This document shows positions 1 through 13,154 of a stretch of 64,000 bases of DNA, one piece after another. The notes under the pieces were generated by a model. That model was given only the letters and a program-made list of their open reading frames with translations, did not search any database and was not told the DNA's origin. This DNA is from Candidatus Aminicenantes bacterium (lineage in GTDB: Bacteria > Acidobacteriota > Aminicenantia > UBA2199). Both the position numbers and the translations under genes were made by a program. The DNA is taken from the NCBI GenBank assembly GCA_963764745.1, contig CAVXTN010000012.1, positions 307,564-371,563 on the forward strand. The letters run 5' to 3'. The stretch's first letter is position 1. Every line of letters begins with the position of its first letter.

Positions 1-266
1 CCCACGTCGAAGCGCTCGCGGCGCAGGCGCCAGGCGATCTTGATCACTTCGCTGCTTTTTCCCCAGAAACCGCCGTGGAAGATCCGCCGGTCATTCACAT
101 AGAATACCCGGTCCAGGTGGGGGTTGTCCCGGACCACGGGTTGCAGGGAGCGCCCGGCCAGCAGGCTGACGCTCCCGACCGAGTCGGCGAGCTTCAATGC
201 CCGCAGGGCCGGGGTGGCCATCAAAAAATCGCCGATGGCCGCGATCTTGATGACCAGTACTTTCAC
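1..266 (-). CDS. Glycosyltransferase family 9 (LPS heptosyltransferase-like), 5' part; runs off window start
   Basis: Hand translation from GTG at 266 gives MKVLVIKIAAIGDFLMATPALRALK, the typical GT9 N-terminus. GTGA overlap with the upstream gene's stop. Confidence 0.8.
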   Translation of the reverse strand, partial: MKVLVIKIAAIGDFLMATPALRALKLADSVGSVSLLAGRSLQPVVRDNPHLDRVFYVNDRRIFHGGFWGKSSEVIKIAWRLRRERFDV

Positions 267-1198
267 CGCGGCGACTCCCGCCAGTAGTCCAGCAGGTCGA
301 GCAGCGTTTTTTCCATGGCGAATTCCGGCTGCAGGTCGAAACGGGAGCGTATCAGCCGGCAGTCGCCGAGGGTCTGGGGAGCATCCAGGGGGCGGAACTT
401 GTTGGCGTCCACCTCGACGCGGATCGGCACGCGCGCCTGCGCCAGCAGGATATCCAGGACCTGGCGTATGGAATAGGCGCGGCCGGAGCACAAGTTGAAA
501 ACCTCGCCGCCCGCGCATTTTTCGCCGATGACCCGCAGGTAACGGGCCACGTCACGGACATCGGAAAAATCGCGGACCGCGGCCAGGTTGCCGACGCGGA
601 TGACCGGCGGCCGTTCGCCCCTCTCGATCATGGCGATCTGCCTGGCGAAATCCGCGGCCACGAATTTGCTGTCCTGGCCCGGGCCGGTGAAATTGAAGGC
701 GCGTATCTTGCAGACCTTCATGGCGAAGGCCCGCCAGTACAGGTCGCCCAGCATTTCCATGGCCAGCTTGGACAGGGCGTAGGGGTTCTGGCAGACCGTG
801 GCGCCGTCCTCGGCGATGGGCGCTTCGCCGCCGCTCTGGTACACCTCGGCCGAGCTCATCAGCAGCAGCCGCGAATCCGGCGCCGATGCCTGCAGCGCTT
901 CCAGCAGGTTCGAAGTGCCCATGAAGTTGACGTCATACGTGAGCTGCGGGTTTTTCCAGGCGAAGCCGACGTTGGCCACCGCCGCCAGGTGAAACGTGAC
1001 GTCCGGGCGGATGATGTCCAGGACATGGGCGATGTCGTCGCGGCGGCGGATATCCACCTGGAATACCTCGACATCGGGATAAATGAACCCGGGCACCTCG
1101 GTGATGCCGAAGATCTTGTTCCGGTCCTCCCGCTGCAGCAGTTTCAGCAGGTGCGAGGCCAGGAACCCCGAGCAGCCGGTCAGCAGGATCCTATTCAT
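263..1198 (-). CDS. GDP-mannose dehydratase / GDP-4-keto-6-deoxymannose reductase (Rmd-like) extended SDR
   Basis: TGCSGFLA Rossmann motif, YALSK (YxxxK), FNFTGPGQ, GNLAAVRDFSDVRDV. Confidence 0.85.
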   Translation of the reverse strand: MNRILLTGCSGFLASHLLKLLQREDRNKIFGITEVPGFIYPDVEVFQVDIRRRDDIAHVLDIIRPDVTFHLAAVANVGFAWKNPQLTYDVNFMGTSNLLEALQASAPDSRLLLMSSAEVYQSGGEAPIAEDGATVCQNPYALSKLAMEMLGDLYWRAFAMKVCKIRAFNFTGPGQDSKFVAADFARQIAMIERGERPPVIRVGNLAAVRDFSDVRDVARYLRVIGEKCAGGEVFNLCSGRAYSIRQVLDILLAQARVPIRVEVDANKFRPLDAPQTLGDCRLIRSRFDLQPEFAMEKTLLDLLDYWRESPR

Positions 1199-2210
1199 AG
1201 TTCTTTCGCAAATGATCCTGAAAGCTGTTTTTTGCGATCAGCTTCCGCCACCATTCCCCGTGTCCCAGGTACCAGTCCACGGTGCGGCGCAGGCCTTCCT
1301 CAAACCCGGTTCGCGGCTGCCAGCCCAGGTCGCGAATTTTTCCCCAATCCAGGGCGTAGCGGAAATCATGGCCCTTGCGGTCGGCAACCGGGCGGATCAG
1401 CGACTCGGGCTTGCCCAGGCTGCGCAGGATCTGGCGGGTCACGTCGTTGTTGCTGCGTTCCTGGCCGGCGCCCAGGTTGTACGCCTGCCCGGGCTCGCCC
1501 TTTTCGATCAGGGCCAGAAGCCCGCGCACCGTGTCTTCGACGAACAGCCAGTCGCGGCAGTTGCTGCCGTCGCCGTAAAGCGGCAACGCCTGGTCACACA
1601 GGGCGCGGGTGATGAAGAAGGGGATCAGTTTTTCCGGATACTGGAACGGGCCGTAATTGTTGGCCGGCCGGGCGATCAGCACCGGCAGGCCGAACGTTTT
1701 GTAATAGGAATAAGCCAGGCGGTCGCCGCCGGCCTTGGAAGCCGCGTAGGGCGAAGAGGGGTTCAGCGGGCTGTTTTCATTGAAAAAGCCGCTGGCGATG
1801 CTGCCGTACACTTCGTCGGTGGAAACGTGGACGAAGAGCTTGACCTTGCCGTTTTTTTTCATGCCTTCCAGCAGGACGAACACGCCGAAGACGTCGGTCA
1901 TGATGAAATCGCCGGGATCGTGGATGGACCGGTCCACATGCGTTTCGGCGGCGAAGTTGACCACCACGTCCACGCCGGCCAGGGCGCTTTCCACCTTGGC
2001 CGCATCCTGGATGTCGCCCTGGACGAACCCGTAGTGGCCCTCGACCCCGGCCAGGTTGTCCAGGTTCCCGGCATAGGTCAGCTTGTCGTAATTGAGCAGT
2101 TCGATCTTCGGGTGATGGTCATGCAAAAAACGGATGAAATTGGAGCCGATAAAACCGGCGCCGCCGGTGACCATGATCTTTTTTATCGCCTGTCCCTTGA
2201 CCCGCATCAT
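1191..2210 (-). CDS. rfbB: dTDP-glucose 4,6-dehydratase
   Basis: VTGGAGFIGSNF, DKLTYAGN, AAETHVDRSI, STDEVYG, YAASK, DRKGHDFRY. Start placed at the ATG overlapping the lptD stop. Confidence 0.93.
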   Translation of the reverse strand: MMRVKGQAIKKIMVTGGAGFIGSNFIRFLHDHHPKIELLNYDKLTYAGNLDNLAGVEGHYGFVQGDIQDAAKVESALAGVDVVVNFAAETHVDRSIHDPGDFIMTDVFGVFVLLEGMKKNGKVKLFVHVSTDEVYGSIASGFFNENSPLNPSSPYAASKAGGDRLAYSYYKTFGLPVLIARPANNYGPFQYPEKLIPFFITRALCDQALPLYGDGSNCRDWLFVEDTVRGLLALIEKGEPGQAYNLGAGQERSNNDVTRQILRSLGKPESLIRPVADRKGHDFRYALDWGKIRDLGWQPRTGFEEGLRRTVDWYLGHGEWWRKLIAKNSFQDHLRKNYE

Positions 2211-4361
2211 TTGCCTCCAAAAAAGTCGCTGACTACACCCAGGTTGCCCAGGGAGAAACCGAAACGGAATTGGGTCTCCGCGCGGCCCAGGTAGGAAAAA
2301 ATCTTGCATTCGCTGGTGAAGACCAGGCACTGGTAATCGAATCTGACGCTGACCGCGGCGTGGCGGAATTGCTTGGCCGTGAGATCGTAGTCCACGTCGG
2401 CCTGCAATTTCAGGGGAAAACGGGGAAGGTCGAAATTGAGCCGGCCGCCCAGGATGGTGCGGTTGAACACATAATTGGCCGCGGCGAAGGGATTGCGATA
2501 GGTGCTGTAGGAAACGGATCCCGACAGCGGCGCGCCCGGTGGTTCATAGGAAGCGCGCAGATTCAGGCGCGTCAGGCCATGGATGTAGTAATTGTAGACC
2601 ACGGAGGCGTCGAAGGCGACATCGGCCGCGGGGCGGACGCGCAGGGTGTTGTTCAACTCGGAAAAGCTCTGGTATTCGCCGTTTACCTTGCGGAACTGGT
2701 TGGCTTCGGCCGCGTCCAAATAGTATTCCTGGGCAATGGTGTAGGTGAGCAATTCGCCGGCCGAGCCGTTGTCGCCGCCGTTTTTTTTCAGCAGGCGCGT
2801 GGTCAGCGAAAAGCCGGCCATGGAATAGGAAGGATAATCAAAAGAATCGACCGGCAACAACTGGTCGCGGTTGTCGACCTTGGTGGCGTAGCGGAATTCA
2901 AATCCGGGCTCGATCACGTGCTTCAGTTTGCTGCGGCCCGCATCGAAGATACGGAAAAAGATCGGACCCTGCAGGGAAAACGTGGCCGTCTGGTACTTCA
3001 TGTACAGGGGCTTGTCGACGATCTCCTTGCTCAGCGGATCAAGGCTCTTGGCGTAAATGGTGTTCTTGGAAAGCAGGTCCAGGGAAAAATTCAGCCAGGG
3101 GAGCTTGAGCATGGGCAGCGAATAGGTCGGTGTGACGGTCAGGCGCTGGGAACGGATATCGGTCACGAATTCAGGCTCCTCTTCATAGGTCTTGCCGCTG
3201 CGGCGCACGCTCTCAAAATCCACGCCCAGGGAAAGATAGCCGGGCAGCTTGCCCAGCTTCTGCTGGTTCCAATTGAAAGAGAACGACGGCAAGTACTCCA
3301 CGACACGCGATTTGTTGTTAAAAATGTAATACGTTTCCCGGTGCGACGCGCCCAGCGAAATATTGACGTTGGCAAAAGACGATGTCAGCGCCACGGAAGA
3401 CTGGAAATTGGTGGAGAGGCTGAGGTCGAAACCGTTGTCGAACAGGCGCAGGAAGTCGGGGCGGCTCTGGCGGTTGATGTTCAGGAGCAGGCGCGAATTC
3501 AAAAAAGGCAGGGTCTGCTTGTGCTCCGCTTCCACGTAATAATCGTGGTCCGTCTCGTCATAAATGCCGTTGTTATCCCGGTACTTGAAATAGTAGTAAG
3601 CGGGCGCTGCCGCTGGCATGGCGGAAAAGGTAGCGCAGTTCGTCGCCGACCCCGACGCCCAGCTTGGAGAAATAATCGAGGCCGAAGGTCATGTCCAGGT
3701 TGGGCTTGATGGCCCAGAAAAACTGGTTCTGCAGGAAAAAGCCGCGCATGTCGGAATTGCCGATGCCGGGGAAGAGCAGCCCGGTGCCCCGGCCGTCCTT
3801 CTGCACGGGATAGCGCAGGTAGGGCAGGTAGAAGACCGGGATATTCTTGATGCGCAGCAGCACGTCGGTCATTTCAACGTATTTATCCTTCTTGATCTTG
3901 CCGCGGCGGCTGGTCATCTTCCAGCGCGGAAAGATCTGGGCGCAGGAGGTGAATTCCAGGCGTTTGAAGGTCAGCGTTTCCCGGTCGGTCTGGGTCAGGC
4001 GGTCGGTATCGTAGCGCACGAACGGGGTGATCAGGCCATAGGTGTCGACCAGCTCGCCGGTCTTGGTCTTCAGGTTGAACTTCATCTTTTCACCGCTCAA
4101 GACCATATCCTTGGTCGACATCGTCACCCGGCCTTCGGCGAACAATTCCCGGCTCTTGAGGTTGAATTCGATCACGTCGGCGTAGATGACATAATCCTGC
4201 CAGATGACTTCCACGTGCCCGTTGGCGCGGAGGGATTCCTCGCCGATATTTTTGTAATCGGCGTACACGACCGGCTCGTCGCTTCCCTGCTGCGCCGCCA
4301 GCGCGAAAGCAAAAGCAAGAAGCAGGGTAAAGTGGAGAAAGCGCAGCGTTTTGTTTTTCAT
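2207..4361 (-). CDS. lptD: LPS-assembly outer membrane protein LptD (frameshift near 3600 joins ORFs 3573-4400 and 2207-3619)
   Basis: Signal peptide, OstA-like N domain, FTSC..PRW, IPVFYLPYLRYP, GTGLLFP, C-terminal YQCL and barrel strands. Confidence 0.85.
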
Positions 4362-4494
4362 GAATAGTAATATGTAACATATTTCCCCCGGTTTAGGCAA
4401 TAGCCACGCGGCCTTTTTGCGACCCGGCGCGGCAGGCGGCGGGGGAAAAAACAGGCCGGATGAATCATTTTTGCATTTGTGCTACCATGGAGCC

Positions 4495-5172
4495 ATGAAA
4501 AAGATAAGCCAGATGGCAACGGTCTTGTTTTTTGTCTGCGTTTTCAGCGCCTGCTCCTTCAACGTCCCCTGGGACGTCATGGATGACTACAACGGCGTGC
4601 GCGTCGTCATGCACGTCGCCCCCGACGACGCCGACGTGTTGCTCAACGGCAGGCTGATCGGGGCCGCCTACGAATTCTCTTCCGCCGGATTGGCCCTGCG
4701 CCTGGCCTCAAGGCAGAACGAACTAAGGTTCAGCAAAAAAGGCTTTCGCGAGGAAGTCATCGACCTGAGTTCCTACCATTCACGCAACATCACACTGAGA
4801 GTCGAGCTGGAATTGGAAGACAATTTTACCATCGCCAAAGCCGGCGCCGCCAAGCCCCCCACCCCGGAAGAGCAGCCGGCCTATGAGGCCAAGAGCGAAC
4901 CGATCCCCGCCCAGCCGGAGGAAAGGCCGGTCGCCGCAGCGGAGCGCTTCCTGACCCAGGTCGCCCTGACCGTGACCCCGGAGGAAACCGCCGTTTACAT
5001 CGACGGCAAGTTCTGGGGGCTGGCTCCCGCCGAGGGCAAAACCGCCATCCTGCGCCTGCCGCCCGGCAAATACGTCTTTACCGCCTACAAGCCGGGATTC
5101 AAGAGCTTCAGCAGGGAAGTCACCATTCCCAGGCAGGAGAAATTCGCCCTGGCCATCGCCCTGCAAAAATAG
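4495..5172 (+). CDS. PEGA-domain lipoprotein
   Basis: Lipobox FSAC. Two PEGA-like repeats (PDDADVLLNG; PEETAVYIDGKFWG..LPPGKY..KPGF) joined by a Pro/Glu linker. Confidence 0.75.
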   Translation: MKKISQMATVLFFVCVFSACSFNVPWDVMDDYNGVRVVMHVAPDDADVLLNGRLIGAAYEFSSAGLALRLASRQNELRFSKKGFREEVIDLSSYHSRNITLRVELELEDNFTIAKAGAAKPPTPEEQPAYEAKSEPIPAQPEERPVAAAERFLTQVALTVTPEETAVYIDGKFWGLAPAEGKTAILRLPPGKYVFTAYKPGFKSFSREVTIPRQEKFALAIALQK

Positions 5173-5195
5173 GAAGCGGGGGGACCGCCGGCGGA

Positions 5196-5995
5196 TCAGG
5201 TCGCGAGGTCGCGGCGGCTGAAGAAGAAAAGCGCGGCGGCGAAGAAAAAGGCGGCCAGTCCCGCCAGCACCAGGACATGGGCTCAACTGCATGCCGTTGC
5301 CCAGGACATTGTTGCCGTTGTAAAAATAAAAGGGCGACAGGACCCGGTACGGCCGCAAGCTCTCCACCATGGGCGCGTAGGCGTTGATCAGGTAGGTGAC
5401 CACCGCCAGGCCGCCGCTGACGCCGATGCTGAATTTCTTTTTGCCGCTCCAGCAGCCGCAGGCCAGGGCGAACGCGTAGAAAAACCAGTCCCAGCAGCCA
5501 GCAGCTGAAGATCACGGCGGCCAGCCGCAGCCGGTTCAGGGCGATGCCGAAAAGCCATGTGCCGGCGGCCATGCCCACCCAGAAGACGACCGACAGCAAC
5601 AACAAAGCCGCGCCATGGGCCAGCGATTTGTGCAGCACCACCTGCGTGCGCCGCAGCGGATTGGCCAGCAGCAGGTCGAGCGTGCCCCGTTCCTCTTCGC
5701 CGGCCGTGGCGTCGCTGCCCTTGGCCACGGCAAAGACGATGAACAGCAAAGGCGCCAGGATGGAAAAAGGCTGGAGGTTGAAAAATCCCTCCGGAGTGGC
5801 CATGAAATTGTTCTTGCCGATGAGGTTCTTGATGACCGGGGGCAGGCTGTCCAGGACTTTCATCATGGCCGCGGCGCGGTTGATGAAGGGATAGACGTAA
5901 AGCAGATACAGCGAGAGGGCGGCCAGGCCGAGCGACCAGCCCAGCAGCGACCATTTCTGGTCGCGCAGGGTCTTCCAGAAAAGGTTAACGAGCAT
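5196..5995 (-). CDS. ABC-2 type exporter permease (frameshifted)
   Basis: Hydrophobic, AGEEERGTLDLLLANPLRR motif, C-terminal SPFYFY and FSRRDL. Follows the ATPase gene. Confidence 0.8.
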
Positions 5996-6893
5996 GGTCG
6001 TTGTCCCCGTAGTAGGCCAGGAAAATTTCCTCCAGCGAAGGCTCCTGGCTTCTGAAATCGCTGATCGCAAAGCGCGCGGCGGTTTTCAGCAGCGCATCCA
6101 TCCCGCCCCTGAGCCTGCCCTTGAGCAGGCGCTTTTCCGCCGCAAGGATCTCCAGCCCGGGCACGCCGGCAAAGGCGCTCGCCTCGAAGTCCTCCGCGAA
6201 ATGGATCTCCAGGTTGCGCAGCGACCTGGCTCTGAGCATGGCGACATTTTCCGTGGCCGCCAGGCGGCCGGAACGGATGATGGCCACCCGGTCGCAGACC
6301 CGCTCCACTTCCGCCAGGTTGTGCGAGGATAAGAATACGGTCTGCCCCCTGCTCCGGGATTCGGCCAGCATCTGGTAGAATTCGTGCTGAACGAGCGGGT
6401 CCAGGCCGCTGGTCGGCTCGTCCAGGACGATCAGCTCGGGGCTGTGCATGAAGGCCTGGATCAGGCCGATCTTGCGCTTGTTGCCCTGGGAAAGGGTGCG
6501 GATCGGCTGCTCCAGGCGGCAATTCAACCGCTCAGCCAGTTCTTCAACGTAGGACCAGGCGACCCCGCGGCGCAGGCTGGCGAAAAAACGCAGGAAATCG
6601 CCGCCCGACAGGTTATCGTACAAGTGCGGTTCGCCGGGCAGGAAGCCGAGCCGGCGGTGGATCTCCACGCTGCGCTTGCGGGCGTCGAGCCCGAAGATCT
6701 CGGCCCGGCCGGAATCGGCGCGGATAAAGTCCAGCAGGATGCGGATGGTCGTGGTCTTGCCGGCCCCGTTCGGCCCCAGGTAGCCGAAAATCTCGCCGGC
6801 AAAGACCTCGATGCCGACGTCGGCGATCCCCAGCCGGCTCCCGTAGTTCTTTGAAAGGCGCTCGGTCTTGATAATGGTATTCTTCAAGCGCAT
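5985..6893 (-). CDS. ABC transporter ATP-binding protein (ABC-2 type)
   Basis: Walker A GPNGAGKTT, signature LSQGN, Walker B LIVLDEPTSGLD, SSH switch. Confidence 0.93.
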   Translation of the reverse strand: MRLKNTIIKTERLSKNYGSRLGIADVGIEVFAGEIFGYLGPNGAGKTTTIRILLDFIRADSGRAEIFGLDARKRSVEIHRRLGFLPGEPHLYDNLSGGDFLRFFASLRRGVAWSYVEELAERLNCRLEQPIRTLSQGNKRKIGLIQAFMHSPELIVLDEPTSGLDPLVQHEFYQMLAESRSRGQTVFLSSHNLAEVERVCDRVAIIRSGRLAATENVAMLRARSLRNLEIHFAEDFEASAFAGVPGLEILAAEKRLLKGRLRGGMDALLKTAARFAISDFRSQEPSLEEIFLAYYGDNDHAR

Positions 6894-7034
6894 GACCTCT
6901 ACTGCCTTTCATGATAGCAATCGGCCGCCCCATTGTCAAAGATGCTTTGCCCGCTTTCCCCGGGGCTCCCCGGGAAAGCGGATGAAAAAGACTGCCGGTT
7001 GAGACCGGCTTCTGAACCATTCCCCGGCCGCGGC

Positions 7035-7063
7035 TTGACAAGCCGGCCGGGTTTGACTATAAA
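7035..7063 (+). promoter_or_regulatory. Sigma70-type promoter of the propeller/AraC gene
   Basis: TTGACA-17 bp-TATAAA, 9 nt before the ATG at 7073. Confidence 0.6.
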
Positions 7064-7072
7064 GACGGCAAT

Positions 7073-9842
7073 ATGCTGCCGGAGAAATCATCTCCCTTGA
7101 ATATTCCCAAACCGCTCAAAATCATCGCCTGGGCACTGCTCTTTTGCGCGGGCGCCTGTTCCGGCTTGTTCCCGGCAACGAGCATTGAGTTGAAAAAGGA
7201 ATACGACCGTTGGGTGCGCCGCTCATGGACAACGGAAAACGGTCTGCCGCAGAACACCGTCTACGCCCTGGCCCAGGCCGGCGACGGCTGCCTGTGGGTC
7301 GGCAGCGAAGGCGGGCTGGCCCGCTTTGACGGCTCCGCCTTCATCGCCTATAGAAAAAGCGCCACGCCCGGCCTGGCCAGCGACTCGATCACGACGCTGG
7401 CCGCCGATCCTGATGGCTCTTTGTGGGTCGGCACATCAGGCGGCGGTCTGCTGAGGCAGCGGGATGGGAAGTTCAGCAGGATATATGGCCTGGCCGGCGA
7501 CAGCGTCTGGTCGCTGCACCGGGACCGCCAGGGCGTGCTCTGGATAGTTCCCCAGGAGGGCAGCGTCTATTGCCTGGAGAAGGAAATGGGTCCGGCGCGG
7601 GCCGTCATCGACGACCTGCCCGACAGCCAGGTCACCGCCCTCGCCGGGAGCATGGGGAATATCCTCTGGATCGGGACGCGCGGCGGGCTTGCCGCCATCC
7701 GCAACGGCCGGGAAACGGTTTTTACCATCCGTAACGGCCTGGCCGGCAATTATATCTATTGCCTGTTTACCGACAGCCGCGGCAGCCTTTGGGTGGGAAC
7801 GACGACGGGGTTGAGCCGCATCGACGAAAAGGGGGTCCGCAGCTTTTCGCTTGCCGACGGCTTGGCCAGCAACATGGTGCTCGCCCTCGGCGAGGACACG
7901 AAAGGTCGGATATGGATCGGCACCGACAAGGGCGTGACGATCATGGAGACGGGGGAAACGGCCCTTTGCGCCAACCCGGACGGACTGGCCGGCGACACGG
8001 CCATGGCTATCTGCCGCGACCGGGAAGGCGGCATGTGGGTCGGCTGGGCGGCCAGCGGCTTGAGCTCCCTGAGGCGCAACGAGGTCCGCGTCTACGGCCC
8101 GGGCGACGGCTTGTCCGGGCAGCAGTTCCGCTCGATCGCCGAGGATACGTCGGGGCGCCTCTGGGCCGGCACGCGCGACCAGGGGCTGAACATGCTGGAG
8201 CGGGGAAAATGGCGCTCCTTTTCCAGGCGTGACGGCCTGGCCAGCGCTGCGATCACCGCCCTGCTTCCCGATCGCCGGGGAGGGCTGTGGATCGGCACGA
8301 TCGATGCCGGCCTGCAACTTCAGGAACAGGGCCGCTTCAGCCCCGCCCCAGCGGGAGGATCCGGCGGCACCGTGCTTTCCCTTTTCGCCGACCACGGGGG
8401 CGGCCTCTGGGTCGGCCGCGGCGGCATGGGGCTGGACTGCTTAAACGATGGGCGCTGGCGGCATTACGGCCTGGCCGGCGGACTGCAGGCCGGGGCGATC
8501 ACGGCGCTTGGCGAGGACCGCCAGGGCAGACTGTGGGCCGGAAGCGCGCGAGCCGGGCTGCACGTCCTGAGCAACGGAAAATGGCGCCGCTTCACGGCGG
8601 CCGACGGCCTGGTCGGCGAAAGCATTTATGCCATTCATATGGACGGGAGGGGTAATATCTGGCTGGGCACAAGCGGCGGTTTGAACCTGCTTCGCCAAGG
8701 CGAGTTCTTCAACTTCCGGGAAGGGCCGGCAGTGCTCAGCGAAACCATCCTGGATATCCTTGAGGACGGCTCCGGGCGCCTGTGGATGAGCACGCCATCC
8801 GGGATATTCTGCGCTGCCGGCTCCGAGCTCGAGCGATCCGCCTCCGCCAAAGGCCGCGAGGTCCACTGCCGCCTGTTCGGCGAGATGTCGGGCATGCAGA
8901 GCACGGTCTGCACGGGCGGGTTCCAACCGGCCGGCTGTAAAAGCCGTGACGGGCGGCTGTGGTTCCCGACGCAAAAGGGCCTGGTCATGATCGATCCGCA
9001 AACCATGGAATCCGTTCCCTATTTACCGCCCGTGTGGATCGAAAAGATCCAAGCCAACGGCCGCGCCATCGACAGCGCCGGCGTGAAGCGTTTCCCGCCG
9101 GGCACGGATCGCTTCGATTTTTCCTTCACCGCCATCAGTTTTGCGGATCCGCAACAAATTGAATTCTCTACCCGGCTTGCGGGTTTTGAAAATAAATGGA
9201 GCAGGCCCGGATCGCAGCGCAGCCGCCACTTCACCGATCTTGGGGCCGGGACCTACCGTTTCCTGGTCAAGGCTCGCGGCCGGGACGGCATCTGGAACGA
9301 GAGCGGAGCCGGGTTTTCCTTCACGATTAGGCCGTACTTCCAGCGAACCGCCTGGTTTTATCTCTTGCTCCTGGCCGGGAGCGGCGCGGCTGCCGCGGGG
9401 CTGTTTTTTATCAGGCAGCGAAAGGCGCGCAGACGAAAGTCAGAAAAATACAAACTCTCGACCTTGAGCGCTGACAAGACAGGGGAATACGCGCAGCTTC
9501 TGGAAAAGATCATGGCGAAGGACAAGCTCCATCTTGACCCGGACCTGACGCTGGCCAAACTGGCCGAAGCGGCCGCGATCCCGGCCAAGCACCTGTCGCA
9601 GGTCATCAACGAACAATACCAGCTGAATTTCAATGATTTCATCAACCGCTATCGCGTGGAGGAAGCCAAGGCGCAAACTGCTGGATCCGGCGGCGAAAGA
9701 CTTCAAGCTGCTGCGCATCGCCTTCGAGGCCGGGTTCAATTCCAAGTCGGTGTTCAACCGCGCGTTCAAGAAAGACGCCGGCTTCAGCCCTTCGGAATTC
9801 CGCAGGATGCTGGGAGGCGGAACAAAGGGCGGCCATTCCTGA
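7073..9842 (+). CDS. Membrane-anchored regulator: periplasmic beta-propeller repeats + Y_Y_Y domain + TM + AraC HTH (frameshift near 9670)
   Basis: Many 'D..G.LWVGT..GL' repeats, L.AGTYRFLVKA (Y_Y_Y), TM helix, DPDLTL..LA, INRYRVEEAK, then IAFEAGFNSKSVFNRAFKK in ORF 9633-9842. Confidence 0.88.
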
Positions 9843-9957
9843 CAAGGATCCACGCTTATTTTATTTGCCTGAAAAAGTGTCTTGAATCATGAATTGGGAC
9901 CATTCTCCGCCGCCGGCAGCGCATAACTGAAGCGGAACATCAAAAAGGAGGTGGACC

Positions 9958-10699
9958 ATGTTTGACATCTTCCTTCCCGAGAAGGGAACCCGGAGAAAAA
10001 ATGTCCGCAAGGCGCTGACCTTGTCCCTTTCCCTTGTTCTCCATGCCCTGCTGATCGCCGCGGTCATCGTGGTGCCGCTTTTGCGCGCCGATGCCGATCT
10101 GCCGGGATTCAAGATCATTGACACGGTCCTGATCGCGCCGCCGGTCACTCCCGGAGTCCCGCCTGCCGGCAACGGCAAGGGTCACGGTAAAATCACCAAG
10201 CCCGGTGAAAGCAAGCCGAAACCAGGTGACTCCCGCGGGCCGGTCGTCCTGAAAGCGCCGATCGAGGTTCCCGACCACGATCGAGGAAGAGGACCCCACG
10301 ATCGGGATTCCGGGCGAAAGTGGAGGGCCGGGAGTCATAGGGGGCGCGGGAGACGGCGCGTCGCCCTGGGAATTCGGCAAGGATATCCCGACCGATGAAA
10401 TCAACCCCGCCGCCGTGCCGATCACAATGGTACGCCCGCCCCGGCTGATCAAGCGGGTGGATCCCGGATATCCCCCCATGGCCCTCGCGGCCCACGTGGT
10501 GGGCAGGGTGGAGATCGATGCCAGCACCGATATCTACGGCCGGGTGATCGAGGCCCGCGTCACCAGCGGCAATGCCCTGCTCAACGGCGCGGCGCTCGAA
10601 GCCGTTAAAAAATGGATCTATGAACCGTACCTGGTCAACGGCATCCCCAGGCCGGTCCGCTTCACGGTCACCATCACCTTCAGCCTGGAAACCAGGTAG
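9958..10699 (+). CDS. tonB: Energy transducer TonB family protein (frameshifted)
   Basis: SD GGAGG, N-terminal TM with SLVLH (SxxxH), Pro-rich linker, C-domain YPPMA..GRV..AALEAVKKWIYEP. Confidence 0.82.
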
Positions 10700-10717
10700 A
10701 AGAACGTCGAAGAGGCT

Positions 10718-10741
10718 GCCGCCGGGCCTTCAGCCGGCGGC
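10718..10741. terminator. GC hairpin between convergent tonB and hppA
   Basis: GCCGCCGG-8 nt-CCGGCGGC perfect stem. Confidence 0.45.
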
Positions 10742-10792
10742 GGGCCTCCGAAAGGAAAGCTTCACCGCCCGGCGACATGCCCCCTTTATGGG

Positions 10793-13031
<2,239 letters not shown>

Positions 13032-13154
13032 GGTTTTCTCCTCGATAAAATGTTTTTGGGTAAGTGGAATGAAAACATTTTATACCCAATTTTGCCCGAA
13101 AAGTCAAGATTTTGAACCGCCGATCCAATGCAAAGCCCTTGACTTGCCTTGTAT

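Noticed and set aside
10740-10790. c-di-GMP riboswitch suggested by CCGAAAGG
   Set aside because: Lies between convergent 3' ends and lacks the GEMM core motifs.
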